DNA of 64,000 nt from Candidatus Vogelbacteria bacterium (GCA_021414225.1 JAIOOX010000002.1:25113-89112); one strand, 5' to 3'; numbered from the stretch's first letter, positions 1-9,627 are shown. Made by a program: numbers and translations. Notes: generated from the letters alone by a model not told the origin.

Positions 1-281
1 AAGTAAGTCTCAAGAATAGCTAATTCTACTTTCTCATCATCAGCTAATTCTGGTCGGCCACCAGCGATAAATTGGTCAATGGAATCTTTTCGTTGTTTAG
101 AGGTACGCTTGATAACTGCTAAGACCTCCTCATCGGTTAGTAGGTCGGTCGGGGTTTTACCTTTAGCGACAGCTTCGTTAGTAAAAGCGCTGACTAAGCC
201 ACGAACCACTGTCAATTTGACCTGGTCTTTAGCTTTCATGGCTTCTTTAATTTCATTTTTGATTTGCTCGTGTAGGGACAT
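1..281 (-). CDS. GatB/YqeY domain-containing protein. C-terminus lies beyond the window edge; start codon is the rc of ATG at 279-281.
   Basis: Reverse-complement translation MSLHEQIKNEIKEAMKAKDQVKLTVVRGLVSAFTNEAVAKGKTPTDLLTDEEVLAVIKRTSKQRKDSIDQFIAGGRPELADDEKVELAILETYL is typical of GatB/YqeY. Absent from the ORF track because the frame has no stop inside the window. Confidence 0.65.
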   Translation of the reverse strand, partial: MSLHEQIKNEIKEAMKAKDQVKLTVVRGLVSAFTNEAVAKGKTPTDLLTDEEVLAVIKRTSKQRKDSIDQFIAGGRPELADDEKVELAILETY

Positions 282-345
282 GGTATTTAAAGTTAACGAT
301 TATAAAGATATTGTGGCATAAAAAGGGTCTTTAGAAAAGGGAAGT

Positions 346-375
346 CCCGGAGCGACGCAGATGGCGCGCTCCGGG
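346..375. terminator. GC hairpin cccggagcg / cgctccggg between the two convergent minus-strand genes
   Basis: 9-bp perfect inverted repeat seen in the sequence, with a weak T tract on the minus strand. Confidence 0.4.
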
Positions 376-380
376 ACAGG

Positions 381-569
381 TCACCATTGGTGGTGACATT
401 TTTTGCAATATTTCAAGACACTTCGATTGTGGTCGGTACCGATCGGTTTAATCTTTGTTTTGTCGGAGTTCCCGCAATTCGGGCAGGAACCGAAAACCAG
501 AGATTTAATACCTAGGCGCAGACCTTTCCAGCTTTGACGGAGTTGCATCATCACCACTTCAATGTCCAT
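381..569 (-). CDS. Small zinc-ribbon protein (CxxC...CxxC), function unknown
   Basis: 62-aa ORF with CPNC and CKKC pairs. Diverges from the helicase-nuclease gene. Confidence 0.4.
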   Translation of the reverse strand: MDIEVVMMQLRQSWKGLRLGIKSLVFGSCPNCGNSDKTKIKPIGTDHNRSVLKYCKKCHHQW

Positions 570-668
570 GGCTAGTGCTCCTTTCTGGCTCTGTTATTAA
601 TCATAGACCTATTTAAGCTATAAAGACAATGGGTAAGCAAAAATTAGAAAATCATATATACTTTCCAT

Positions 669-3635
669 ATGTCAGATCTAGACTATAAATTCACTGAAGA
701 ATATAAGCGTTTAAATACTCACCAAAAGGAGGCGGTGGACACTATTGAAGGTCCGGTGATGGTGGTGGCTGGTCCAGGGACAGGTAAAACTCAAATTTTA
801 ACCTTACGCATTGCCAATATTCTCAAACAAACCGATACCGCCCCGGCTAATATTTTAGCCTTAACCTTTACTGAAAGCGCGGCGGCCAATATGCGGAAAC
901 GTTTAGCGACTATTGTTGGTAGTCGAGCCTACCAGGTGGTGATTAGTACTTTTCATGGTTTTTGTAATGACGTGATCAAAAATTATCCAGAAGAATTCCC
1001 GCGAATTATTGGTTCGACTAATATTACGGAGATTGATCAAATAAAAATCATCGAAGAGTTACTGAACAAGTTGCCGTTGAAAATTTTGCGACCATTTGGT
1101 GATCCGCTGTTGTATGTGAAGCCAATCTTGTCATCGATTAATGAATTAAAACGAGAAGGTTTGAGTCCAGCTGAGTTTACTCAGATTGTGGTTAAAAAAG
1201 ATAAATCGTTTGATCAAATTCCTGACTTGCGCCACGAGAAAGGAGCTCATAAAGGTAAAGTGAAATCAATGTACGAAAAGTTGCGTCGGCAGATTGATAA
1301 AAATTTGGAATTGGCCGACGTTTATGCTGGTTACGAAGCGGAACTGACTAAACGTAAATTTTATGATTACAGTGACATGATCATGGAAGTGTTGCGGGAA
1401 TTGCGAACCAATCAGACTTTGCTCTCTAGTCTCCAAGAAGAACATCAATACATTTTGGTGGATGAACATCAAGATACCAACAATGCCCAAAATAAAGTCT
1501 TGGAATTAATCGCTAGCTTTCATGACTATCCCAACTTGTTTGTGGTGGGGGACGAAAAGCAAGCTGTCTTTCGTTTTCAGGGAGCATCGCTAGAAAATTT
1601 TTATTATTTCAAACACCGTTTTCCAGAAGCTAAATTAATAGTCTTGGAAGATAATTACCGTTCGACACAGGCGATTCTTGACCAGGCTCATTCACTGCTA
1701 CCTGGTCAGGCGGAGTTGAAGGCTAACACGGGTCACTTAGCCGAATCTATCAAAGTAGCTGTCTGTTCGTCGCCCTTATCGGAGTTGTATTTTGTGGCTT
1801 CGTCCGTCAAATATCAGATTGCGTCCGGGGTTGAGCCGTCAGAGATAGCTGTTTTGTATCGAGACAATCGAGACGCTTTTCCTATTGCTAACGTACTTGA
1901 TAAATTGGGGGTGTCTTGTGTGATTGAATCTGATGACAATTTACTCGCCGATATTGATATTCGGAAGTTGCTGATTTTATTTAAAGCTATTTATTATTTT
2001 GATAATGATGAAGCTTTGGCTCAAGCTCTACATTTAGACTTCTTGGGAGTAGAACCAATTGACGCTTATGGTTTGATCAGACAAGCTAGTCAATCAAAAC
2101 AATCTTTGATTTCTTTGGTAGGCGGAAAGTTTCCAACCTTAGCCAAACAACTGTCCGATTGGAATGTGGCGAGCCATAATTTGGAATTACTACCACTCGT
2201 GGAGAAAGTTTTGAAAGAATCAAAGTTGCTAGACAGGCTAGTCACCAGCAGTACGGCTCGAAAACGGCTAGAGACCATTGGTGCTTTATTTAATACTATG
2301 TCTGATTTGGTGGCGAGCCATCCGGAAGCGGGGCTAGAAGATTTCCTCGAATTTATCGAAACGGTCAACAAACATCAAGTGTTATTGAAAAATAAAAGTC
2401 GAGCAAGTGTGGTTGGCAAGGTACGCCTGATGACTGTCCATCGGTCCAAAGGTTTGGAGTTTCAATCGGTCTTTATTATTGGCGCTTATGACGGTCACTT
2501 TGGTGGTCGGAGTAGTCGCGACAAATTGAAGTTATTGTCCGAAATATATCAGTTGGTTGATAGAGACAAAGAAGGGGGTGAAGAGGACGACAAAGATACT
2601 GGTGATGAACGACGCTTGTTTTATGTAGCCTTAACTAGAGCTAAGCAATTGGTCACCATTAGTTTGTCGGCGATTAGTGATAGTGGTCGTGAACAGGTGC
2701 CAAGTCAGTTTATTGCCGAACTGAAGCCTGAGTTAATAGAATATGTTGATACAAGTGGTTTGACTGACAAGTTAGCTGAAGTTCGAGAAACTTTGCTTAG
2801 CCCGACTCCAGCCAAGGAGAGTGACCTAAAGGATCGGGAATATATTGCTGGTTTGTTTCGTGATCAGGGTTTGTCGGTCACAGCTTTAAATAACTACCTG
2901 GCTTGTCCATGGCAATACTTTTATCGTAATCTCATTCGTTTGCCAGCGGTGCCGACCAAGCATCAGGCTTATGGTATTGCGGTTCACGCGGCCCTCAGAG
3001 ACGCCTTCAAGCATGCCAAGGAGCGAGATATTACCAAAGAGTCACTCTTGGCTAGTTTTGAGAAGTATCTTCGTCAGGAGCCGTTAACGGAAAAGGATTT
3101 GGTGGAGACCTTGGCAAAAGGTTTGGAATCACTTAGTGGGTGGTTTGATACTTATCACCAAAGTTGGAATATTAATGTGTTGACCGAGTTTAATATTAAA
3201 GGAGTGGAGTTAACTTCAGATATTAAATTGGTGGGAATGCTCGATAAAATAGAGTTTACAGGGGATGGTGCTGATGTAAATGTAGCAGATTATAAAACTG
3301 GCAAGCCAAAAAGCCGGAATGATTTGATGGGCGCGACTCGTGATGCGGATGGAAATTATTACCGCCAGTTGGTGTTTTATAAAATCCTGTTAGATTTATT
3401 TGAGGATGGAAAGTATAAGATGATGTCTGGGGAAATAGATTTCGTGGAGCCAAATGATACGGGGAAGTATAAAAAAGAAAAGTTTGAGATTCCAGATAAT
3501 GATGTGATTGAATTGACTGATACGATTAAAAAAGTGGCGGATGAAATTATTAATCTAAAGTTTTGGGATAAAACTTGTGATGATAAGGATTGTGAATACT
3601 GTGCCTTGCGACGGCTAATGACAGACGCTAACTAA
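669..3635 (+). CDS. ATP-dependent DNA helicase / nuclease fusion: UvrD-REP superfamily 1 helicase (N-terminal) plus a RecB/AddB/Cas4-like PD-(D/E)xK nuclease with a Cys cluster (C-terminal)
   Basis: Walker A GPGTGKT near the N-terminus, UvrD-like motifs (VDEHQDTN, TVHRSKGLEF, VALTRA). C-terminal D...IEF...DYKTGK...YYRQLVFY nuclease core flanked by CPWQY and CDDKDCEYC cysteines. Confidence 0.8.
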   Translation: MSDLDYKFTEEYKRLNTHQKEAVDTIEGPVMVVAGPGTGKTQILTLRIANILKQTDTAPANILALTFTESAAANMRKRLATIVGSRAYQVVISTFHGFCNDVIKNYPEEFPRIIGSTNITEIDQIKIIEELLNKLPLKILRPFGDPLLYVKPILSSINELKREGLSPAEFTQIVVKKDKSFDQIPDLRHEKGAHKGKVKSMYEKLRRQIDKNLELADVYAGYEAELTKRKFYDYSDMIMEVLRELRTNQTLLSSLQEEHQYILVDEHQDTNNAQNKVLELIASFHDYPNLFVVGDEKQAVFRFQGASLENFYYFKHRFPEAKLIVLEDNYRSTQAILDQAHSLLPGQAELKANTGHLAESIKVAVCSSPLSELYFVASSVKYQIASGVEPSEIAVLYRDNRDAFPIANVLDKLGVSCVIESDDNLLADIDIRKLLILFKAIYYFDNDEALAQALHLDFLGVEPIDAYGLIRQASQSKQSLISLVGGKFPTLAKQLSDWNVASHNLELLPLVEKVLKESKLLDRLVTSSTARKRLETIGALFNTMSDLVASHPEAGLEDFLEFIETVNKHQVLLKNKSRASVVGKVRLMTVHRSKGLEFQSVFIIGAYDGHFGGRSSRDKLKLLSEIYQLVDRDKEGGEEDDKDTGDERRLFYVALTRAKQLVTISLSAISDSGREQVPSQFIAELKPELIEYVDTSGLTDKLAEVRETLLSPTPAKESDLKDREYIAGLFRDQGLSVTALNNYLACPWQYFYRNLIRLPAVPTKHQAYGIAVHAALRDAFKHAKERDITKESLLASFEKYLRQEPLTEKDLVETLAKGLESLSGWFDTYHQSWNINVLTEFNIKGVELTSDIKLVGMLDKIEFTGDGADVNVADYKTGKPKSRNDLMGATRDADGNYYRQLVFYKILLDLFEDGKYKMMSGEIDFVEPNDTGKYKKEKFEIPDNDVIELTDTIKKVADEIINLKFWDKTCDDKDCEYCALRRLMTDAN

Positions 3636-3722
3636 AGCAATTTTGGAGCACGGATATTTTCTTGCTAGAAAATTCCTCAAGTCTCGATCCGTCGATCTTC
3701 CGAAGTCTCCAAAATTGCTTTA
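3633..3722 (+). repeat. Family 1 structured intergenic element, copy A
   Basis: Core gagcacggata...ttgcta...cctcaagtctcg...cgaagtctc enclosed by the inverted arms taaagcaattttggag / ctccaaaattgcttta. Starts at the helicase stop codon. Second copy at 9932..10035. Confidence 0.6.
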
Positions 3723-3750
3723 GTTTGCTTAACTTAAAAAATAAAAAAAC

Positions 3751-3801
3751 AAAACCCGCCCCACGAACGCAAGGCGGGAATCGTCTTGGTTGCGGGCGGG
3801 G
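3751..3801. terminator. Compound GC-rich hairpins (aaaacccgcccc...ggcggg...gcgggcggggtt)
   Basis: Nested inverted repeats between the converging helicase gene and the 3802..4140 gene. Confidence 0.45.
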
Positions 3802-4140
3802 TTAGGTGATTGGTTTAGGGATTCTTCTTTTCCCTGTCTGCTTCACCATATCGAGTATCACTTCCCAGGTGTACAGATCATTTGTGTGCTGAACGCCGTG
3901 CTCAAGCCTCTCAAGGGCCCTTAGCTGATTCACATTTTCTTGCGGAAAGTGATCCAGTTCGGCTTTTAAGATGCGTGCATCTCGGGCCAGGTCAGCTTTT
4001 TCTCTTTCTAGCTTCTCCAAACGTTTCGCCCGTTTGGCGACTTGTTCGTTCTTCGCTTCCTTGAGAATCAGACACAATAACAGCATACAGGTGACCATAA
4101 CGCCGAGGCAGATGGTGATAATCACTTCCGGAGTGCTCAT
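3802..4140 (-). CDS. Hypothetical membrane-anchored coiled-coil protein (N-terminal TM helix, charged heptad-like segment). GC-richer than its neighbours.
   Basis: 112-aa ORF. Hydrophobic N-terminus VIITICLGVMVTCMLLLCLIL followed by KRAKRLEKLEREKADLARDARILKAELD. Confidence 0.45.
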   Translation of the reverse strand: MSTPEVIITICLGVMVTCMLLLCLILKEAKNEQVAKRAKRLEKLEREKADLARDARILKAELDHFPQENVNQLRALERLEHGVQHTNDLYTWEVILDMVKQTGKRRIPKPIT

Positions 4141-4241
4141 ATGAGACCTCTCTTTTTGTTCAGGTTTATAATTATAAAATTGGCCACATAGCCAATCTAT
4201 CTAATCATTATTATGACATATATTTATATAAAATGCAAGTT

Positions 4242-5426
4242 CTATCGAGTATCTTTGAGAGTAAGACTTGGATAGAGACCTAAAAGTGTCACAACACCTA
4301 GAGCGAAGAATATGGTTTGGTAGTTGTCGGTGTTAAGGAAAATTAAAGCAAAAGCTGGGGCGGCTATATAAGCTAAAGGTGAAAGGTTTCTCGAGAAGCT
4401 AAGGATGGGGGCGTCGTTCCCGTCAATTCGTTTGAAAAGAGCTGTTTCTTTCATAATCTCGATGGTGGCGGCACCCACTCGAGTTAGAAAAAGTAGCCCT
4501 GCCCAGAGCCACATATATTTCGTCTGCAAAGTTGATATTAAAATAGTGGCGACACCGGCAATCATAAAGCCAGTCGCCAAGAGTTCTCGTTCACCCAACC
4601 ACTTGTCGGCTATTTTACCGAGTGGGTATTCAATGATAACAAATGGAATTAACATGATGGTGAAAATAAAACCGATTTCTGTCCAAGAAAAACCAATTTG
4701 TTCATGAAGGAGTAGTGGTAAATAAATCACCATGACTGCGTAGAAGAAGTTTAGTAAAAAATCGGTTGTGAGAATTTTGCGAAGAGCTCGATCTTTGGCG
4801 GTGTTTAATTTGCCCAATCGGGCCAATAGGTCTTGGATGGTGCTGGTTGGGTCACACACTGTTCGTTCGGGTAAAACCTTACCAATAATGATCATGAAAG
4901 GCACCATTAAAATCGCGGAAATAAAATACAATAAATAAAATCTTTCGGTTGGACCCAAGATGGTGCTAGCAATGATAGGAGAAGCGAGCCAAGCTAGGTT
5001 GATGATAGTCATAAAGACGCCACGGATACCACCAGTGTCTTTGTTGTCAGAGATTGTTTCTAGATAAAGATCGGTGTTATAACGGGCGACTTGAGTGAGG
5101 GCGTAGTAGGAGATAAAACCCAAGATCGAAAATAAAACCAGAGGGGATTGCCAGACAATGAGGAGTAGTCCACCAATACTGAGGCTGGAAATAATAACGG
5201 TTGATAATTTGATTCCTAGTCGACACAGGATCTTAGGTATTAGTAGGGTTAAAATAATCGTAGTAATAGAGCCTAAACTATAAATTAACCCAACTTTATT
5301 TTCGGGTACTAAAGTAGCTAAATAGGAGGAGTTGATGTAGGAAGTCAGAGAAGCGGTCAGAGTTAAAAAAAAGACCGCTACATAGGTGATAATGCGAAGT
5401 TGTTTGGCTGAAGCGTTTACGAGCAT
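4242..5426 (-). CDS. MFS-type transporter (about 12 TM helices)
   Basis: 394-aa highly hydrophobic protein with the alternating TM / short-loop organisation typical of the major facilitator superfamily. Confidence 0.6.
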   Translation of the reverse strand: MLVNASAKQLRIITYVAVFFLTLTASLTSYINSSYLATLVPENKVGLIYSLGSITTIILTLLIPKILCRLGIKLSTVIISSLSIGGLLLIVWQSPLVLFSILGFISYYALTQVARYNTDLYLETISDNKDTGGIRGVFMTIINLAWLASPIIASTILGPTERFYLLYFISAILMVPFMIIIGKVLPERTVCDPTSTIQDLLARLGKLNTAKDRALRKILTTDFLLNFFYAVMVIYLPLLLHEQIGFSWTEIGFIFTIMLIPFVIIEYPLGKIADKWLGERELLATGFMIAGVATILISTLQTKYMWLWAGLLFLTRVGAATIEIMKETALFKRIDGNDAPILSFSRNLSPLAYIAAPAFALIFLNTDNYQTIFFALGVVTLLGLYPSLTLKDTR

Positions 5427-5454
5427 GGGTTAATTATACTGGAAGAGTGGTAAT

Positions 5455-5483
5455 TTAAAAACCCGCCGATCGGCGGGTTTTTA
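5455..5483. terminator. Bidirectional intrinsic terminator aaaaacccgccgatcggcgggttttt
   Basis: Perfect GC stem flanked by an A tract and a T tract. Lies downstream of the RNase J gene. Confidence 0.7.
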
Positions 5484-5485
5484 AA

Positions 5486-7381
5486 TTAAACTTCAATTAA
5501 GACAGGAAGAATGATTGGTCGTTTGTGAGTTTTTTGGAAGAGGTATCTACCCAAGTCTTCTCGAACGGAATTTTTGAGATAATCAAAATTAATTGGGTGC
5601 ATTTTACTGGTGGCGTCTTCAATTGTTTTTTTAGTTAAGCCACGAACTTGGTGAAGGAGATCTTGAGATTCTTTTAGATAAACAAAGCCACGAGAAATAA
5701 TGTCTGGTGATTTGCGAACCTTACCAGTTTTTACATCAATAATGGCGATGACCACAAACATACCGTCTTGTGACAAGACCTGTCGATCACGAATGACTAC
5801 TTCTTGAACATTGTCGTTGCCTAAACCGTCAACCATTACTAAGCGACTAGAAGCTGTTTCCTTGCGAGGGATCATTTTGGTTCCACCTTCAATGATTTCT
5901 ACAATCATGCCGTTGTCTGGTACAACAATATTTTTCTCAGGCATACCTAGTGAAATGGCTAAATCTTCGTGAACGCGCAACATGTAATGACTGCCGTGTA
6001 CTGGCATGAAGAACTTCGGCTTAATCATTTTGTGAATCCAGGCCATTTCACCACTGTAAGAGTGGCCAGATGAGTGGACGTTGGCGATACCATAGTGAAT
6101 GATCTTAGCTCCAAGGCGAGCTAAGTTGTCTTTCAATCGATCAACACTTTTTTCATTACCAGGAATAACAGATGAAGATAGTAAGACAGTGTCTCCCTTT
6201 TTCAATTTGAAAGTACGGTGTTCTTTATTGGAGATACGCATTAAAGCAGCAAACTCGTCACCTTGAGCGCCGGTAGCCAAGACTACTAGACGATCGTCGG
6301 GATAATCCCCAATACTTTCTGAGGGGATAATAGTATCTTTGTTTACTTTAAGAATACCGAGTTCTTTAGCGATCTCGATATTATTTTTCATCGAACGTCC
6401 TTCGACGGCGACTTTTTTGCCCAATTCTTCAGCGGACTGAACAACTGAGATGATGCGATCAAATAAAGAAGCAAAAGTCCCAATAACTATTCGGCCGGGC
6501 ACGTTGCGGATGATTTCTTTTAGGTTGGCGTGGACTTCTTTTTCTGGATAAGAGAATCCTTCCTTGGTGACGTTTGTGGAATCAGCGATAAGGAGTAGAT
6601 TATTTTCCGCTCCGAGTTTAGTGTAGGTATCAATCTCAAATTGAGCTGGAACACCATCCTTATTTTCGATTTTTAAATCGCCAGTGAAAATGACATTACC
6701 ATAAGGGGTTTCGACGATGACACCAAAACAGTCAGGAATAGTGTGAGTGGCCCCGAAGAAACGAATCTTAAGGTCTCCTAGTTGCAAACTCTCATGTTTT
6801 TCCACCAAACGAATATCTAGTTTGGGTAGATAAGGAAATTCTTCTTGACGCTTCTTAATCATAACTGAGGTCAATAGAGAAGTATAAAGTGGCGGATTGC
6901 CGAGTTTTGGCATGACATAAGGGATACCCCCGATGTGGTCAAGGTGGCCGTGAGTAATAATAACCGCTTTGATTTTGTGTTTATTATCTTCAACGTAAGT
7001 AGAGTCAGGAATAATGTAATCAATACCAGGAGTTTCTTCGCCAGGGAAAGCTAGACCGATGTCGATCACTAAAATGGTGTTATCAAATTCGATTGCGGTC
7101 ATATTCTTACCGATTTCTTCTACCCCTCCAAGAGGAATAACCCGGATAACACCCGGGTCAATTGGTGGAATAATTTGTTTTTGACGATTATCGCTTTTCT
7201 CACCACCATCACCACTGTTGTGGGGTTGGCTATTACCGAAAGGTCGACGACGTGGGCCACCTGGTCGAGAGTTAGGTGGGCGTCTGGTTGGTCGACGATT
7301 GCCGGCTGGTTTTGGTTTATTGGTGTCAGGACTTGGGACGGTGGCCGGAACTGCTGTTTGGTTGCTATCTGTTGTTTCCAT
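5486..7381 (-). CDS. rnj: Ribonuclease J (metallo-beta-lactamase / beta-CASP family) with a roughly 75-aa Pro/Arg/Gly-rich N-terminal extension
   Basis: HGHLDHIGG motif, beta-CASP region, C-terminal RNase J domain. N-terminus PATVPSPDTNKPKPAGNRRPTRRPPNSRPGGPRRRP is low-complexity and basic. Confidence 0.85.
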   Translation of the reverse strand: METTDSNQTAVPATVPSPDTNKPKPAGNRRPTRRPPNSRPGGPRRRPFGNSQPHNSGDGGEKSDNRQKQIIPPIDPGVIRVIPLGGVEEIGKNMTAIEFDNTILVIDIGLAFPGEETPGIDYIIPDSTYVEDNKHKIKAVIITHGHLDHIGGIPYVMPKLGNPPLYTSLLTSVMIKKRQEEFPYLPKLDIRLVEKHESLQLGDLKIRFFGATHTIPDCFGVIVETPYGNVIFTGDLKIENKDGVPAQFEIDTYTKLGAENNLLLIADSTNVTKEGFSYPEKEVHANLKEIIRNVPGRIVIGTFASLFDRIISVVQSAEELGKKVAVEGRSMKNNIEIAKELGILKVNKDTIIPSESIGDYPDDRLVVLATGAQGDEFAALMRISNKEHRTFKLKKGDTVLLSSSVIPGNEKSVDRLKDNLARLGAKIIHYGIANVHSSGHSYSGEMAWIHKMIKPKFFMPVHGSHYMLRVHEDLAISLGMPEKNIVVPDNGMIVEIIEGGTKMIPRKETASSRLVMVDGLGNDNVQEVVIRDRQVLSQDGMFVVIAIIDVKTGKVRKSPDIISRGFVYLKESQDLLHQVRGLTKKTIEDATSKMHPINFDYLKNSVREDLGRYLFQKTHKRPIILPVLIEV

Positions 7382-7407
7382 AAATGTTGTTCTAATTTAA
7401 TAATTTT

Positions 7408-9192
7408 CTATTGTTTAATAATGTTGTTGTTGCTAGCAAATATTTTCCAAATACTCTCGGTGTTAATGAATGTTTTGTGTATCTCATTAAATCGATCGCT
7501 GGTAGTTTGGAGAGTATTTAGTTTTAGGTTTTTTAGTTCATCGGGTATCGCATAAATAAAATAAGGAGCATATAAGAAGATGGCGGGAATATCATTTTGA
7601 ATTTCTTGGATAGCTTTATTTTGATCAATTTTACTTTGATCAGGATCTAAGGTGGTGCGAGAATTATCCAACCATTTGTCTACTTTAAGGTTTGTATATT
7701 GGGCAATATTTAAACCAGGATCTAAACGTTGAGATGAGTGCCAAAAAGCAAATAAGCCTTGATTTTGACTGACCACCTGACCAAATAGAAGAGCATCATA
7801 TTTACGAGGTCTAATAGCTGTTTGTTGTAAGGTTCCAGTTTCAAAAACTTTTAACTCAACATCAACTCCAACTTTTTTCCAAGTATTTTGGATTATTTCG
7901 CCCGCTTTTTTTAACTCTGGTGTATCAGAAGTTGATAAGGACAAACTCAAAGTAGTTGTAGTTTTCTTTTTTGGGTCGGTTTTCTCGTAGATACCAGTGG
8001 AGGTATTTTTTTTCCAACCAGCTTGTTCTAAAATTGCCCGAGCTTGTTCAATTTTTTGGTTCTCGTTGTAATTGTCTTTAGGGGCTTGATTCGTTTGGGT
8101 GGGGCCGTTTAAAGGTAAGCCGTGACCCAGTAGAACTTTTGTGACTAGAGTGTCTTTATTGATAGCCGTGTCTAAAGCCAAGCGAACTTCTTTGTTGGCT
8201 AAAACGGGAGCTTGGTTTTGGTTAAAGAAAATAGCAAAAATACGAGGTAGGGGTGATTCCTCAACGCGAGCGTTTTTTAATTTTAAATTATTAGCCACTT
8301 CTGGACTGATCGCTGCCATCGAATTTATAGCACCAGTTTCGTAGGCTAACAAACGTTCAGTTTCGTTGGGATAAATATTTATGACAATGGAGATTCGTGG
8401 TTTACCTAGGGCAAAATTAGAAAAAGGCTCTAAGTTATAATATTGAGGAATACCAGTAGAATCTTTTTTCATCTTACTGATTAAGTAAGGTCCGGAACCA
8501 ATCGGATTAGTATTTAAATCACTAAAAGGGAAATTGTCTGGGGTGACATCTGACCATAAATGTTTTGGTAAAATACCGATAGTTAAATTTTCCAGAAAAC
8601 CAATATATGGTTGCTCTAGGACAAAAACAATTGTTTGAGCATCGGGTTTTTCTACAGAAACTCCCTGCCAGTTGGCCCGCCGAGGGCTTTTGATTAGAGG
8701 ATCTTGAGCTTTGCTGATAGTAAATTCAATGTCGTCACTAGTTAGAGGTTGATCGTCATGCCAGGTCAAATCTGGCTTTAAAGTAAAGGTGTAACGTTTA
8801 CCATCAGTTGAAACTTCGTATTTTTCTGCTAAATCAGTGGTTAGTGATCCATCAGCCTCCCTTCTTAGTAAACCAGAGTAGACTAAGTTGGTCATGTCTC
8901 GGTCGGTGTCGTAGGTGGCTAGAATCGGGTTAATAAATCTAAGTGGTCCGACCATGCCCTCTGTCATACTGCCACCACTGGTAGCAATTTGAGTCATGGA
9001 ATTTTTGTTAGCTAAGATTAAACTAGAAACCAAGGTAATGGTGCCTATAATAGCGAGACAGAGTAAAAGTAGCTGTACTTTTTTAGGAAAAGAAACATAA
9101 GCAGCTTTTAATTCTAACTTATTAGGGATAGCTCGGGAGTTGGTTAACCAAGAGCTAATCTTGGCTTTAAACGCCACAAAAAGATCGTTCAC
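7408..9192 (-). CDS. ABC transporter substrate-binding protein, family 5 (oligo/dipeptide-type), membrane-anchored
   Basis: 594 aa, N-terminal TM anchor, family-5 SBP-like length and motifs. Inferred from the overall pattern. Confidence 0.6.
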   Translation of the reverse strand: MNDLFVAFKAKISSWLTNSRAIPNKLELKAAYVSFPKKVQLLLLCLAIIGTITLVSSLILANKNSMTQIATSGGSMTEGMVGPLRFINPILATYDTDRDMTNLVYSGLLRREADGSLTTDLAEKYEVSTDGKRYTFTLKPDLTWHDDQPLTSDDIEFTISKAQDPLIKSPRRANWQGVSVEKPDAQTIVFVLEQPYIGFLENLTIGILPKHLWSDVTPDNFPFSDLNTNPIGSGPYLISKMKKDSTGIPQYYNLEPFSNFALGKPRISIVINIYPNETERLLAYETGAINSMAAISPEVANNLKLKNARVEESPLPRIFAIFFNQNQAPVLANKEVRLALDTAINKDTLVTKVLLGHGLPLNGPTQTNQAPKDNYNENQKIEQARAILEQAGWKKNTSTGIYEKTDPKKKTTTTLSLSLSTSDTPELKKAGEIIQNTWKKVGVDVELKVFETGTLQQTAIRPRKYDALLFGQVVSQNQGLFAFWHSSQRLDPGLNIAQYTNLKVDKWLDNSRTTLDPDQSKIDQNKAIQEIQNDIPAIFLYAPYFIYAIPDELKNLKLNTLQTTSDRFNEIHKTFINTESIWKIFASNNNIIKQ

Positions 9193-9271
9193 GGAATATA
9201 TTTAAGAGAGTCTAAAATTTGGTAAATTTAAAGATATAAGCAAAAACCGAATAGTATTATTGTAACTCAGG

Positions 9272-9502
9272 TTAGATGAACAATGCAAGGACAGCTGATC
9301 CAACAAACAGAATAGCAACAATAATAGTAGCGGTAAAAAAGGTTTTTTCTAGACCTCTTTTTTTGTGAAATGAACCAGCACTTTCTCCACCACCAAAGGC
9401 GGTACCTAGACTGGCGTCATTTTGTTGAAGTAAGACCAGACCTATTAAGACAATAGATAGTCCAACTTGAACATAGGGTAATATTGAACCTATAAGTTCC
9501 AT
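9272..9502 (-). CDS. secG: Preprotein translocase subunit SecG. The ORF-track start at 9571 is probably an N-terminal over-extension; internal Met used here.
   Basis: LLQQNDASLGTAFGGGESAGSFHKKRGLEKTFF is the SecG signature, with two TM helices. Confidence 0.6.
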   Translation of the reverse strand: MELIGSILPYVQVGLSIVLIGLVLLQQNDASLGTAFGGGESAGSFHKKRGLEKTFFTATIIVAILFVGSAVLALFI

Positions 9503-9627
9503 GGGTTGGATGTTAGCACGGATTTCAGTCGGTGACAATATCTGTCTTGACGTAGGTCTCCCTTCTGGCAATATAAAGGAGTTAAGTTGGTCGCTTTTAA
9601 AAATTGTAACTTTTTAAACAAGATTGT

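Noticed and set aside
79-321. Track ORF (80 aa, + strand) at the start of the window
   Set aside because: It lies antisense within the clear minus-strand GatB/YqeY reading frame (1..281). No motif of its own.
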